Below are positions 12,193 to 25,926 of a stretch of DNA of 64,000 nucleotides, piece by piece. The notes under the pieces were generated by a model, which saw only the letters and a list, made by a program, of their open reading frames with translations, made no database searches and had not been told where the DNA came from. Position 1 is the stretch's first letter. Each line of letters opens with the position of its first letter. Source of the stretch: Octopus sinensis (taxonomy: Eukaryota); NCBI RefSeq assembly GCF_006345805.1, contig NC_043025.1, forward strand, positions 14,508,001 through 14,572,000, given 5' to 3'. A program made the position numbers and the translations under genes.

Positions 12193-13564
12193 ACTCTGCT
12201 GAAACCGGCTCTGGCTTTGAGTACAAATGTCTTGTTTTCGAAAGTTTTAAAATAAAATCTTCCACCAAACCTTAGTCGCAATTTATGTTCCTAACACTGG
12301 CTGAATGATAACTAAGTTATTTTACTAAATTCTTTGTTATATTTAAAATGAATTGAAAGAAACACAGAGCATCTCAACAGAAGAAATATGGTAACAAAAG
12401 GGTTGATAATCCTTTTTGTCTTTATATGAAAATGCTTTTAAACCAAAGTATCTTTAGACAAAAGTGTTGAGAGCAAAGTGCCAGATCCCATGTCTACATC
12501 ATCATCATCATTGTTTATCATCTGTCTTCCATGCACGCTTGGGTAGAATGGTTGACAGGAGCCAGCCAGATAGAAGACTACCCCCAGGCTACTCTGTCCG
12601 TTTTGGCAAGGTCTTTACAGCTGGATGCTCTTCATAACACCAACCTCCCTTCAGAGTGGACTGAGTGCTTTTTACATGGCACCGCACAGGTGAAGACTAT
12701 TTTGGAATGGTTTTTACAGCTGGATGCCCTTCCAGATGCTACCCACTTTGCAATGTCAACTGGAGGCTTTTAAGTGGCACCTGCACTGACAGGGTCACCA
12801 AGTAATTTGCAAGGAATATGTGTGTGTATATATATATATGGCATTAGGAAGGGCATCCAGCTGTAGAAATACTGCCAGATCAGACTGGAGCATTGTGCAG
12901 CCTCTGGCTTCCAAGGCCCCAGTCAAACCATCCAACCCATGCTAGCATGGAAAACGGACGTTATACGATGATGATATATATGTATATGTGTGTGAATATA
13001 TATATATATATATATAATGTATGTATGTATAGGCTGTTAAATAAAAATTAAAATTTCAACAACTGTTGTCTGTGGCCGTTGTCTGTTTTAGCATCACTTT
13101 TAAGACTGTATTCTTTTATTTTTTTACTTGTTTCACATCTGATTGCAGCCATGCTGGAGCACCACCTGAAGGGGTTTTTTAGTCAAAGAAATCGACCCCA
13201 GGACTTATTCTTTGTAAGCCTGGTACTTTATTGGTCTCTTTTGCCAAACCGTCCGGCAACTGGAACAAAAACACACCAGCATCGGTTGTCAAGCAATGTT
13301 AGAGGAACAAACACAGACACAGCCACAAATACACATACACACACACGACGGGCTTCTTTCAGTTTCCGTTTACCAAATCCACTCACAAGGCTTTGGTTGG
13401 CCTGAGGCTATATAAGAAGACACTTGCCCAAGGTGTCACGCAGTGGGACTGAACCTGAAACAATATGGTTGGGAAACAAGGTACTTACCACACAGCCACT
13501 CCAGCGCCTATATATTCTTTTAGTCATCTCAGTCATCTGACTGTGGCCATGCTGGAGCACCAAC

Positions 13565-13606
<42 letters not shown>

Positions 13607-13987
13607 AGTCTGTATTTGTTCCTCTGCCATCGCTTACTGATCACATGGCTCAGGCATCAGTCCCACTGTGTGGCACCTTGAGCAAGTGTCTTCTACTATA
13701 GCCTTGGGCCGACCAAAGCCTTTTGAATGGATTTGGTAGACGGAAACTGTATGAAGTCCATCGTATATATGTATATGTGCGTGTTTGTCCTCCCCACCAT
13801 TGCTTGACAACCGATGCTGGTGTGTTTACTTCCCCGTAACTTAGCAGTTCAGCAAAAGAGACTGATAGAGTAAGTACTAGGCTTACAAAGAATAAGTCCT
13901 GGGGTCGATTTGCTTGACTAAAGGCGGTGCTCCAGCATGGCCGCAGTCAAATAACTGAAACAAGTAAACGAGAAAAAGAATAAAAGA

Positions 13988-14039
<52 letters not shown>

Positions 14040-14266
14040 ACATATGAGTGTCTCTGCAGCAATTTGTACATTCCTAGCTTACAAAGTTACTATATATGCA
14101 CACACACACATGCACATATATATACTCACACATACATATACACACACACATATATATACACTGTTGACTTACATATGTTACTCTTTGCGCAACAGATGTC
14201 AACAATCATATCTTACCAAAATACCACTACTACCACCACCACAACCAAACAAACTTATGATGTGAA

Positions 14267-14930
14267 GATGTTCCAGCTGTGACCATCCTGTCCTTTATTC
14301 AGGCATAGTGTATCTAGGACTACATTATCTAAAGTGTCCTTCCTTGTTGATGTTGTTTAGCCCCAGGTCAGTCCTGATCCAGCAGACCTGTAATCAAAAA
14401 CGGTTGACCTCCTTTGAGATTGATGAAGAATTTCTTGAAGAATAAATAAATAAATGAATAAATATACAAATAGAATATAAAAATAAAAACAAACATGTCA
14501 GAGAAATTGATTTCTTGAATCAATAACTGATCGAGAAATTTAGAAATGACCCAAAGTTAAGTTGTTGACTTTAATAATAATATTAACATTAGAAATTGTA
14601 CTCTTAGATAGACTATACCAGAGCAGGGAACAATATAGTCACAACTGGAACATCTCTGATCATAGGTCTGTCTGGATCAGGACTGACCTGGGGCTAAACA
14701 ACAAGGAAGGGCACATTATATAATGTAGTCCTAGATACACTATGTCTGAATTAAAAGACGGGATGGTCACATTTGGAACATCTTTGATCATGGGCCTGTT
14801 GGATCGGGGCTGACCTGGGGCTAAACAAAGAAAGAAAGACACATTCGATAATGTAGTCCTAGGTACACTATGTCTGTATATAAAAAAAAAAGGATGGTCA
14901 CAGCTGGATCATCTTTGCTCAGAGGGTTAT
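14267..14930. repeat. About 126-bp repeat family, one + copy and tandem - copies in inverted arrangement
   Basis: GATGTTCCAGCTGTGACCATCC..GTATCTAGGACTACATTAT..GTTTAGCCCCAGGTCAG at 14267-14400 (+) and about twice at 14640-14930 (-). The same unit is tandem at 42631-42843. Confidence 0.8.
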
Positions 14931-15142
14931 CAGACTGGAAAAAAGGATGGATCATAGGTGTGTTAGGGCAAGACCGACTTAGGGCTAAACTGCCCTTAAT
15001 TGAATAAATCGACTCCAAAACTTATTCTTTGTAAGCCTAGTACTTATTCTATCGGTCTCTTTTGCCGAACCACTAGGTTACAGGGACATAAACATACCAA
15101 CATTGGTTGTCAAGAGATGGTGGGAAGACAGACACGCAAACG

Positions 15143-15179
<37 letters not shown>

Positions 15180-15334
15180 CGGGCTTCTTTCAGTTTCTGT
15201 CTACCAAATCCACTCACAAGGCTTTGGTCAGCCTGAGGCTATAGCAGAAGTCATTTATCCAAGGTGTCCCGCAGTGGGACTGAACCTGGAGCCATGAGAT
15301 TGGGAAGCAAGTTTCTTACCACACAGCCATGCTT

Positions 15335-15754
15335 GCCTGTCTATCTCTCTCTCTTTCATTCCATCATTCTCTGTCTGTCCCCCTCTCTCTCTCGTCTCAC
15401 TATATCTTTGTCTCTCTCTCTCATGTTCTTTCTCCACCCTCTCTTCCTTTGTCTTTCATTCCATCTTTCTCTCTGTCACTGTCTCTCTCTCACACACATT
15501 CTCTCCTCTCTCTCCATCGTTCTCCCTTTCTGTCTCTCCCTGTCTCTCTCACCTTCTTCACCCTCTCTCTTGCCATCATTCTCCTTGCCAGTCTCTCTCC
15601 CTTTCTCGTCTCACTATCTCTCTGTCTGTATCTCTCTCTATCTCTCTCAGCCTACCACCCTCTCTCTTTCCATCATTCTCTCTGCCTCTCTATCTTTGTC
15701 TCTCTCCCTCTCATTCCATCATTCTCTCTGCTTCTCTCTTTCTCACTCTTTCCA

Positions 15755-15789
<35 letters not shown>

Positions 15790-16441
15790 CTCCCTCCCTC
15801 TCTATCGTTGTCTCTCTCTCACGTTCATTCCATCATTCTCTCTGCCTGTCTCCATCCCCCCCTCTCTCTCTATCCCTCTGTCAGTTCGTCTGTGCTGTCT
15901 GTCTGTATGTCTCTTGTTTTCCAACCTGCTGTTGCTGCCTGAAGAACATCTGTGTATAATTAACAGTAGCAGACAAACTGGTACCAGTGCGGTATGTGTC
16001 CAAACATTGGCACTGTGGTGGCGGTGGCACCGGTGGTAATGTGTGTGGGGGGGAAGGGGGGAAATGGAGGGAGGGAAAAATTCGAAGGCCTGTACTTGTG
16101 TTGGTGTGTGAGAGAGAGAGAGAGAGAGAGAAACTATGTGTGTAAATGTGTGTGTGTGTGAGAGAGAGAAAGTTAGAAAGTGCGTTTGTGAGAGAGAGAG
16201 AGAGAGAGACAGAAAATCTGTGTGTGTGTGAGTACGTGTGTCTGTGTACAAATATGTGTGATAGAATGAGAGAGAATGTCTGTATGTGTGTGTGTGTGTG
16301 TGTTTGAGAGAGAGAAAGTGAATATGTGAGTGCGTTTGTGTATAAGAGAGACTGTGAGTGTGTGTGTAAGAATGTATATTTGTGTGTGTGTGAGGGAGAA
16401 ATGTTTGTATATACTTGTATAAGAGAAAATGTTCCTAAAAA

Positions 16442-16500
<59 letters not shown>
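15335..16500. repeat. CT-rich then GA/GT/CA compound microsatellite region
   Basis: (CT)n with recurring TTCCATCATTCTCT, then (GA)n, (GT)n and (CA)n. It explains the long S/L-rich ORFs. Confidence 0.9.
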
Positions 16501-17445
16501 GCATGTACAATCAGCACTTACATGTGAATACATAAACAAGAGAAGAGTTTCAATGGGGGGGAGGGTGACGTGGGGTGGTGGACGTGTGTGTGTGTGTTTG
16601 TGAGGGTGGGCAGGGGTGGGCTCCAGAAGGAAGAGAAACAGCTGTGGGGCATTTTTTATATCTTGTTTCATGTTGATGGAGAAAACACATGTGCATGGAT
16701 ATGTATATATATACATACACACAGCCATATATATATATATCTATATATACATATACATACATCTGAATGTATGTGTAAGTATACATATCTATACCTATAC
16801 ACATATGTATGTGCTAATTTTTTCTTATATGTATATATATGTGTGTGTGTGTGTGTATATATATATAATAATATACACACATATTTATACATAGGCTATC
16901 TGTATACATGTGTGTGTGTGTGTACTTTTTTTTTATTTGTTCCGATCATTTGACTGGCCATGCTGGAGCACCTAGGACTTATTTTTTTTTAAAGCAGTCT
17001 AGTACTTATTCTGTCGGTCTCTTTACCGAACCGCTAAGTTACAGGGGATGGAAACACACCAACACTGGCTATCAAGCAGTGATGGGTGAAGAAATTCACA
17101 CACACATGCCCATAGATATATATGATATATATGATGGGCTTCTTTCAGTTTCCGTCTACAAAATCCACTGACAAGGCTTTGGTCAAGGCTGTAATAGAAG
17201 ACACTTGCCCAAAGTTCTACGCAGTGGGACTGAACCCAGAATCATGTGGTTGGGAAGCAAGCTTCTTACCACACAGCCACACCTACCCCTATATACCGTG
17301 TATAAGGAACTCTTTTTTGTCAAAAATTAGGTTTAAAAAATATGGGAGTTTCTTATACATGGATAATATTATAATCCCTTACAAAACCATTTTTCTGAAT
17401 TTTAAGCCCCCAAAATAGGGGGTTTCTTATACAAATTATATGGTA

Positions 17446-17488
<43 letters not shown>

Positions 17489-18175
17489 GGTAGTGAATAT
17501 TCTTAGAAATTTCACTGCCTAGCATGTATAAAAAGTCAATAGACAACATATTCTCAATATAAAGTAGTGTACATTGAAACACACGACAAAACTACCTTTA
17601 ACAGGTAATTTTTATACGCTAGAAGAAGCAGTCAAAACGACCAAAACCACCCAAAATAACAAGGTATTGTAGTGGGTGCTTTTTACGTGCCACCGGCACA
17701 GGGGCCTGAGGCTGGCATCGGCCACGATTGGTTGGTGCTATTTATGTGCCACCGGCACGAAAGCCAGCCAAGGCGGCGCAGGTATTGGCCACGTCAGATG
17801 GTGCTTTTTACGTTCCACCAGCACAGGTAGCACAGCTACAATATCCATTTGATTTTTATTTTGATGTTGATGTACTTGACTCAATAGGTCTACTCAAGCA
17901 CTGCAGGTCACCCTATGATCCAAGGTAAGCACCGCAGGCCGTTTTGCGATCCAAGGTACTTTGAATGGGCTGGGGTTGGTTGTGTGAAGCTAGTGTAGGA
18001 TACAGGTATAAAGTCACTTTATTTGTTGGGTTTCCGCAATCACAGCATATCTCCAGAGGCCTTGATCTTTTGTCATTGCCTCTGTGAGGCCCAACGTTCA
18101 AAGGTCATGCTTGACCACCTCATCCCATGTCTTCCTGGGTCTACTTCTACCCCAGATTCCTTTAGCTGTTTAGAA

Positions 18176-18213
<38 letters not shown>

Positions 18214-18441
18214 TGTATATGATGGGCTTCATTCAGTTTCCATCTACTAAATCCTCTCATAAGACTTTGCTTGGGATGCAAACTTATTACCACACACGCA
18301 CACACACACACACACACACTATGAGCTTCTTTCAGTTTCTGTCTGCCAAATCCTCTCACAAGGCTTTGGTCAACCTGAGACTATAGTAGAAGATATTTGC
18401 CCGAGGTGCTGTGCAGTGGGACTAAACCTGGAACCGAAGAT

Positions 18442-18709
18442 CAATGGTTCCCAATAATTTAAATAGTTTACATCCCCACAAAAAAAAGGTGAAACTACCA
18501 ATTATAGTGCTGCTGCTCAATCTCCCACTGTCCACGATAAGATTGTTTGTCTATATTACAATATTACAATGACCAATAATATGGTGTGCATGTATAATAA
18601 TATTACGAACATGAAAATAGCATAAGCTTACCTCACTCTTTCTTGCGGAACCCCCTTGAACCTTTTGTAGAACCCTAGGGTTCCGGGGAAACCCAGTTGA
18701 GAAATGCTG
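18442..18709. mobile_element. Possible hAT-type MITE remnant
   Basis: Ends CAATGGTTCCCAA and TTGAGAAATGCTG with subterminal GAACCCTAGGGTTCC; degenerate, no clear TSD. Confidence 0.4.
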
Positions 18710-18734
18710 GTATATATATATATACACGTGTAAG

Positions 18735-19208
18735 GATGAAGAGCATGTTCTGAGGAGGATGATTGCGTTTAGGTAAATGGAACGCGAAAGCGAGGTAGAC
18801 CGAAGAAAAGGTGGAAAGGGACAGGTGGAGGAGGAAATTGGGATTGTTGGTTTGGAAAAGGAGGACGTCCAAAACTGGGGAAGATGGCGAGATGGTGTGA
18901 GAGTGGCTGGGTCATACCCTCCGTTGTCAACCGGGAGAATTCATCTATGAAGCAATTTCCCCAGTTCCCTTTCAGGGTTGGTGAAAGCGATGTGGTGGAC
19001 AAAGAAAAACCTGGCCGATGACAGTCAAGGCGGATCTGGAACCCAACCTAGGCCCCCATACCTACGGCGTTCGCCGCTGGAGTAAGGAGTGGTTGGAGAT
19101 CACGCAGTCGTTAGCCTCAAATCACCAGGCCTGATCAGCGTTTGTGAGAGATGCAGCATTGAGGATGAATGAAGCGAGCTCAATACACCCCGGGTGAATG
19201 CTGTCACA
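18735..19208 (+). mobile_element. RTE-clade LINE 3' fragments
   Basis: Translates to GRPKKRWKG, then W*KRCGGQRKTWPMTVKADLEPNLGPHTYGVRRWSKEWLEITQSLASNHQA*SAFVRDA, which is homologous to the minus-strand fragment at about 51385-51835. Confidence 0.72.
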
Positions 19209-20607
19209 TATATATATGTGCATATATATATTATATGTACAGGTATATTCTTTTATTTGTTTCAGTCATTTGACTACGGCCATGCTGGAGCACCACCTTT
19301 AATATGTTTGTTTAATATGTATGTTTGTTTTATCTTTTACTTGTTTCAGTCATTCAACTATGGTCATGCTGGAGCAGCACCTCGAATCATTTTAGTCGAG
19401 CAAATCGACCCTACCCACCCACCCAGTACTTATTTATTTTTTCAAAACCTGGTACTCAATTTATAAGTCTCTTTTGCTGAGCTGCCAAGTTACAAGGATG
19501 TAAACACACCAATGCGGGTTGTCAAGCAGTAGTGGGAGACAAACCCCCACACACACACACCTCTCAGTTTCCATCTACCAAATCCACTCAAGGATTCGAT
19601 GGACCCACAACTGTAGAAGACACCTGCTTAAAGTGCCATGCAGTGGGACTGAACCTAGAACCATGTGGTTGAGAAGCAAACTTCTTACCAGAGAACCACA
19701 CCTGCACATATGTGTGTGTATGTACACACACACATATATATCTACTTCCTACTTCTGTCATTTCTCCTAGTTCGCTGTCAACCCTCATCACTCAGCACCC
19801 CTACATCTCCCACCTCTCTATATACACCCTGTAGTGGCCTTGCACACCTCTCCTATCATGCCCTACCCCACTGACCATAAACCACTTTTGTTAATCTCCT
19901 TGTGTTGACTTCCATTCATCCATCCAGAAGGATAAGATAACAGGCTGTGTGTGTGTGTGTGCTTAGGCATGCGTGTGTATCTGTGTGTGTGTGTGTGTGA
20001 GTGTGTATATATATATGTGTGTGTGTGCTTACGCATGCATGTGTATCTGTGTGTGTGTGTGTTGTTTTCTGTGTGTATATATGTGTGTGTGTGTGTGTGT
20101 ACGTGTGTTTGTGTGTATGTATACATGTGTGTGTATCCTGTCTGTGTATATATGTGTGTATGTGTCGACTTGTAGCCTGTCTGTTTCTATATATGTGTAT
20201 GCAGAAAAGCTATGTGTAGACACACACACACACATATGCAGACATAAAACACACATATATACACACACACAAACATATATAGGCACAGGAGTAGCTGTGT
20301 GGTAAGAAACTTGCTTCCCAACCACATGGCTCCAGGTTCAGTCCCACTGCATGGCAATTTGGGTGTCTTTTAGTATAGCTTCAGGCTGACCAAAGCCTTG
20401 TGAGTGGATTTGGTTGACGGAAACTGAAGGAAGCCTGTCATATGTATATTCGCCATGATGTATCACTTGCCACTATACACATTTTTTTTCTTTCCTTGTT
20501 TTTTTTCTGCGTTCCTTTCCGTGGAAGAGCCGTAGGCTTTTACAATTCCCGAGCGTTATACTAATACATCTGTTGTCTACACCACCAGTCGTTGTCTTTT
20601 GTTTTTT

Positions 20608-20659
<52 letters not shown>

Positions 20660-20664
20660 GTATA

Positions 20665-21115
20665 TCATCATCATCATTTAACGTTCGCTTTCCATGCTAG
20701 TATGGGTTGGAGGATTTGACCAAGGACTGGTGAACCAGATGGCTGTGCCAGGCTCCAATCTGATCTGGCAGAGTTTCTACAGCTGGATGCCCTTTCTAAC
20801 GCCAACCACTCCGAGAGTGTAGTGGCTGCTTTTATGTGCCACCGGCACGAGGGTCAGTTTGGCAACGGCCACACTCGAAAATGGTATTTTTTACGTGCCA
20901 CCTGCACAGGAGTCAGTCCAGCGGCACTGGCAACAACCTCACTCGAATGTTTTGTTCACGTGCCAGTAAGGCTTTGCTGGTAACAGTCATGCTTAAATGG
21001 TGCTTTTTACGTGCCCACCAGCATGGAAGCAATACAGCTGCTCTGGCAGTGAACCCGCTTGGATGGAGCTGTTAGCGCTCCACTGGCATGGGTGCCAGTC
21101 ATCGAATTTGGTTGC
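20665..21115 (-). mobile_element. Dispersed retroposon family with (GAT)n tail (representative copy)
   Basis: The sense strand has GTGGCACGTAAAAAGCACCC..GTTGGCGTTAGGAAGGGCATCCAGCTGTAGAAAC..CCAACCCATGCYAGCATGGAAA..GTTAAACGATGATGAT. Copies lie near 11.8, 12.5, 12.9, 17.7, 38.6, 38.9, 41.35, 43.5, 46.4, 53.9, 55.6, 57.6, 62.9 and 63.8 kb. Confidence 0.8.
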
Positions 21116-21155
<40 letters not shown>

Positions 21156-21165
21156 TATATATATT

Positions 21166-21445
21166 AGAAGAATGAGGTAATCAGAAGATCAGATGGTTCA
21201 TATTTATAGATATTTATTTATATATTACATTTTTTACATATATATATATCATATCATTCAGATTATTAGCGCTTTCTCCCATTCCAGTGGGGTTTTCAAA
21301 TCAAATTGATTTGAAAACCCCACTGGAATGGGAGAAAGCGCTAATAATCTGAATGATATGATATATATATATGTAAAAAATGTAATATATAAATAAATAT
21401 CTATAAATATGAACCATCTGATCTTCTGATTACCTCATTTCTTCT
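21166..21445. repeat. Near-perfect palindrome (about 140-bp arms, 1-nt spacer at 21305) with degenerate hammerhead-like motif
   Basis: The arms are reverse complements about TCAA-A-TTGA. The right arm reads TTGAAAA CCCCA-CTGGAA-TGGGA GAAA-GCGC-TA ATAATC. It is embedded in (TA)n. Confidence 0.88.
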
Positions 21446-21478
21446 TATATATAATACCTGTACATCATCTCCAAACCT

Positions 21479-21521
<43 letters not shown>

Positions 21522-24154
21522 ATATGTAGAAAAATACAAACTGGGACAAGAACGTAAAACATTTAGAAGACGATACAAAAAACACGGACGGGACATTCGA
21601 AGCCTTCAATCTTCAGTCAAGAACTGGATCATCCTCGCAATTTCGGCTGATTAATCTTGAGATTGCTCTGATCTGGCCAGCCCCAAGGAAAAACTAAGCT
21701 ACGAGGATTAGATTTCTTGGAAAAAGGATCCAATGTATACGAAATAAGGACAGAAACACGGACGATGCCACACGAATATAAAGACAAAAAACAATAATAG
21801 TAATAACAGGACAAAAACAGCGGGTGTCTTACGACTAATAGACAGTACAACTTAGTTTAGCTGGCATATTTTGAAAAAAATGCCTTTATCGGCAGACGAA
21901 GACAACGATGTTCTCTCTCGTGGCGCTGGTTAGAAGGCAAAAGGCTGGTTGACCAGCGGTCACGTGAGAGGAGAAGAGAGAGGAAAAAAAGGGGGCAAAG
22001 GAATCAAAGAGAGAGAGAAAAAGAGGGACGAAGGCACCAAAGGGGGAGATGTTTGTGTGTCTGTGTTTGTCTGTGCAACCTCGCTTGACAACTGATGCTG
22101 GTGTTTACCTCCCCATAACTTAGCAGTTCAGCAAAAGAGAACAATAGAATAAATACTAGGCTTACAAAAAATAAGCCCTGGGATCAATTAGCTCGACTAA
22201 AGGTGATGCTCCAGCATGGCCACAGTCAAATGACAAACAAGGAAATGAATAAAAGAATATGTGTTTTTGACTGTTGCCATGCTGGAGCACCGCCTTTAGT
22301 CGAACAAATTGACCTCAGGTATTATTCGTTGTAAGCCTAGTACTTATTCTATTGGTCTCTTTTGCCGAACTGCTAAGTTACGTGTATATGTGTGTATGTA
22401 TTTTATATTTGTGCATATGTACCTATTTGTCTATTCTCAGTTTCTCTCTGTTTGTATGTGTGTGTATGTGTAAAAGAATATATATATATACGAGTGGCTG
22501 TGTGGTAAGTAGCTTGCTTACCAACCACATGGTTCTGGCTTCAGTCCCACTGCGTGGCACCTTGGGCAAGTGTCTTCTACTATAGCCTCGGGCCGACCAA
22601 GGCCTTGTGAGATGGAAACTGAAAGAAGCCCGTCGTATATATGTATATATATGCGTCTGTGTTTGTCCCCCCAATATCGCTTGACAACCGATGATGGTGT
22701 GTTTACATCCCCGTAACTTAGCGGTTCAGCAAAAGAGACCGATAGAATAAGTACTAGAGGTGGAAAGCTACACCAGACTCCAGTCTGATTTGGACTGATT
22801 TTCTACAGCTGGGTGCCCTTCCTAGCGGTAACCACTCCGAGGGTGTAATGGATATTTTTACATGCATATTGTGCAATGACAACAGAAACAAATAAAAACA
22901 AACAAGGTTGGGAGCAATAAAAACATGAAATTAGCTGAAACATCCACGGTTACTTTTGTAGGGTATGATTCGAGAGAGATTTGGCTGCTGTTTCTAGGAG
23001 GTCTCATTACTATGGAGAGGTCTCATTTTTGGTTGTGATAGTGATGGTGGTGGTTGCGGTGGTGGTGGTGAGTGAGTTGATAGCGGTTGTGGTTATAGTA
23101 GTGTTTGTTGTTGTGGTGTTGGTGTAGTCGACGACTGCCACCGCTGCTGCCAACCATGACCACCACATGTAGTACCACTGCCATTTGCCAGCACCTCTGC
23201 AGCTCTGACCAACACGGCACCACCACTGCAACTCTTGCCAAACTATTACTACACTACCACCACTACCAGAACCACCAGAACCACCACCACCACTACCACC
23301 ACCACCATTATTAATTCCATTTCAGCCACCACTACCACCACCACCATTATTAATTCCATTTCAGCCACCACTACCACCACCACCATTAATTCCATCTCAA
23401 CCTCTACTACTACCACTACCACAACCTTCACCACCATTATTACTACTAATACTACCACCTTCACCACCATTACAATTCCCAATGAATAAAACATGACCCT
23501 TATGCAATTAAACAAATTACGTGAAGACCCTTCCCTCCACTTGCCCCTACCTACCCCCCCCCCGTCCCTGCCACCAGTCAGGCATCCAGCCACCCAACCA
23601 ACCAGCCAACCAGCCAAACCAGCACCTACCCCACCCCACCCTCAACCGGCTACTTCTGTCTCCAGTCGCTCCCCCAACCCATCGGCCCTTTTTTTTTGTA
23701 TATTAAAGGGAGAGAGTTAGGGAGAAGCCTTACCCTCTTCCACCACCCTTTCTCTCTCTCTGTCTCTCCCTGCTCCCTTTGACCCCTTGCATCTATCTCT
23801 AGGGAGCAGTTTGTGAATGAATAGGGCTACATGGCTAAGATCACTTGTTTTGGTGGGGGGGGACTGACTGTTTTTTTTTTAAGGGGTCTTTTTATGCTCC
23901 CTCCACTTTCCTCTCCCTTCCTTGAATCATTGCCTGGACCAGTCACCTACTATCCCCCCCACACACATATATACAAGCATGTATACACACTGTGTCATAC
24001 CATTTAGGGGTAAAGGGCGATTTAATTTTGTGGAATTGTCTCTAAGGGTTGTGAAGAGTGGAGCTCTTGTTGTTTTGTCCCCTGACAATCCCCCTGATCC
24101 AATAATCAATCTATGGTGAATGAATGACCTGCCAGACATGACCATTCCATCTGT

Positions 24155-24697
24155 TGAGGTCTCCCTCATTGGCTCATACATACACATATACATACATAAG
24201 GGAGTAAGGTGTTATTTGAGGAAGATTTGGTTGCTATTTCTGTTGGGTCTAGCTACCATATAGAGGTCTCCCTCATTGGCTCATACATACATAAGACAGT
24301 AGGGTGTGATTTGAGTGAGATTTAGCTGCTATTTCTAGGAGGTCTAGCTACATTGTAGAGGTCTCCCTCATTGGCTCATACATACATATAAACATAGATA
24401 AGATAGTAGGGTATGAGTGGAGGGTAATTTGACTGCTATTTCTACTAGGTCTAGCTACCATATTGAGGTCTCCCTCAATGGCTCATAGATATATACATGC
24501 ATAAGACGGTAGGATGTAATTTGAGGGAAATTTGGTTGCTATTTTTAGCATTTCTAGGTACCATGTGGAGGTCGCCCTCATTGGCTCACACATACATATA
24601 TACATAGATAAGTAGGGTGTGTTTAAGGGAGATTTAGCTGCTATTTCTAGGAGGTCTAGCTACCATGTAGAGATCTCCCTCATTGGCTCACACATAC
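24155..24697 (+). repeat. Tandem array of about 95-105-bp units (5 copies)
   Basis: Unit GTAGGGTGTGATTTGAGGGAGATTTGGCTGCTATTTCT..GGTCTAGCTACCATGTAGAGGTCTCCCTCATTGGCTCATACATACAT starts near 24204, 24299, 24405, 24509 and 24613. Solo copies lie near 22960 and 25167. Confidence 0.9.
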
Positions 24698-25108
24698 TCT
24701 TTTATTTGTTTCAGTTGTTTGAGTGTGGCCATGATGGGGCACTGCCTTTTTAGTCGAACAAATCGATCCCAGGGCTCATTCTTTGTAAGCCTAGTACTTA
24801 TTCTATTGGTCTCTTTTGCTGAACTGCTAAGTTACAGGGAGATAAACACATCTACATTGGTTGTCAAGCGATGGTGAGGGGACAAACACAGGCACAAATA
24901 ATACACACACACACACACATACACACGACGGGCTTCTTTCAGTTTCTGTCTACCAAGTCCACTCAAAAGGCCTTGGTCGGCCTGAGGTTATAGCAGAAGA
25001 CACTTGCCCAAGGTGCCACCCAGTAGGACTGAACCCAGAACCATGTGGTTGGCAATATATATAGAAAATAATAAAGGTGGCTGGAAGCAATTTAAAACCA
25101 AAAAGGAA

Positions 25109-25156
<48 letters not shown>

Positions 25157-25369
25157 ATACAAGACTGTAGGGTTTGATTTGAGAGAGATTTGGCTGCTAT
25201 TTCTGTTGGGTCTAGCTATCATTTAGAGGTCTTCCTCATTGGCTTGTACATACATATATAAATAAGATAGTAGGGTTTGATCTGAGCGAGATTTGCTTTA
25301 TGATTAAGCTAGCTGTGCTCTCACCTCTACCCTTTTATTTTAAAAATAATTAATCACCTCATCAAAGAT

Positions 25370-25531
25370 GCGCAGGAGTGGCTGTGTGGTAAGTAGTTTG
25401 CTTACCAACCACATGGTTCCAGGTTCAGTCCCTCTGCGTGGCACCTTGGGCAAGTGTCTTCTACTATAGCCTCGGGCTGACCAAAGCCTTATGAGTGTGT
25501 TTGGTAGACGAAAATTGAAAGAAGCCCGTCG

Positions 25532-25562
<31 letters not shown>

Positions 25563-25755
25563 ATATGTTTGTGTGTCTGTGTTTGTCTCCCCCCACATCG
25601 CTTGACAACTGATGGTGGTGTGTTTACGTCCCCGTAACTTAGCGGTTCGGCAAAAGAGACCGATAGAATAAGTACTAGGCTTACAAAGAATAAGTTCTGG
25701 GGTCGATTTGCTCAACTAAAGGCAGTGCTCCAGCATGGCCGCAGTCAAATGACTT
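25370..25755 (+). mobile_element. Dominant tRNA-derived SINE (representative near-full-length copy; roughly 35 copies or fragments in the window)
   Basis: Head has A-box TGGCTGTGTGG and B-box GGTTCAGTCCC; internal (TA/TG)n; body GATAGAATAAGTACTAGG..GGGGTCGATTT; tail GTGCTCCAGCATGGCCGCAGTCAAATGACT. Other copies include 13105-13510(-), 30530-30887(-), 33545-33970(-), 43990-44502(-), 52415-52850(+), 54015-54430(-) and 60537-60930(-). Confidence 0.93.
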
Positions 25756-25926
25756 CAGTGATAAGGTAGATCTATAACAAGTCTTTCTTACTGATACCTT
25801 TGTAACTTCTAAGCTGAAGTGAAGACAGCCTGTTCTTTGTCTATCTCCTTAGCTTCTTTGAGGTTTTAGGTAAAATTATACGAATGTGTCCATCTGTATT
25901 GATTTAATTTGATTCTGTGTATTTAT

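Noticed and set aside
20515-20550. GGAAGAGCCGTAGGCT hairpin resembling a hammerhead 5' half (similar CTAGAAGA relic near 17620)
   Set aside because: The GAAA-UH half is missing or mutated; too degenerate to call.
21590-21700. CTGAAGA on the minus strand (also CTGATGA near 3945 and GTGAAGA near 5835) as further hammerheads
   Set aside because: I could not assemble stem II, GAAA and stem I in the right order.
23300-23400. About 36-bp triple repeat encoding TTTIINSISA (mucin-like)
   Set aside because: It is a local duplication within an (ACC)n microsatellite with no exon boundaries.
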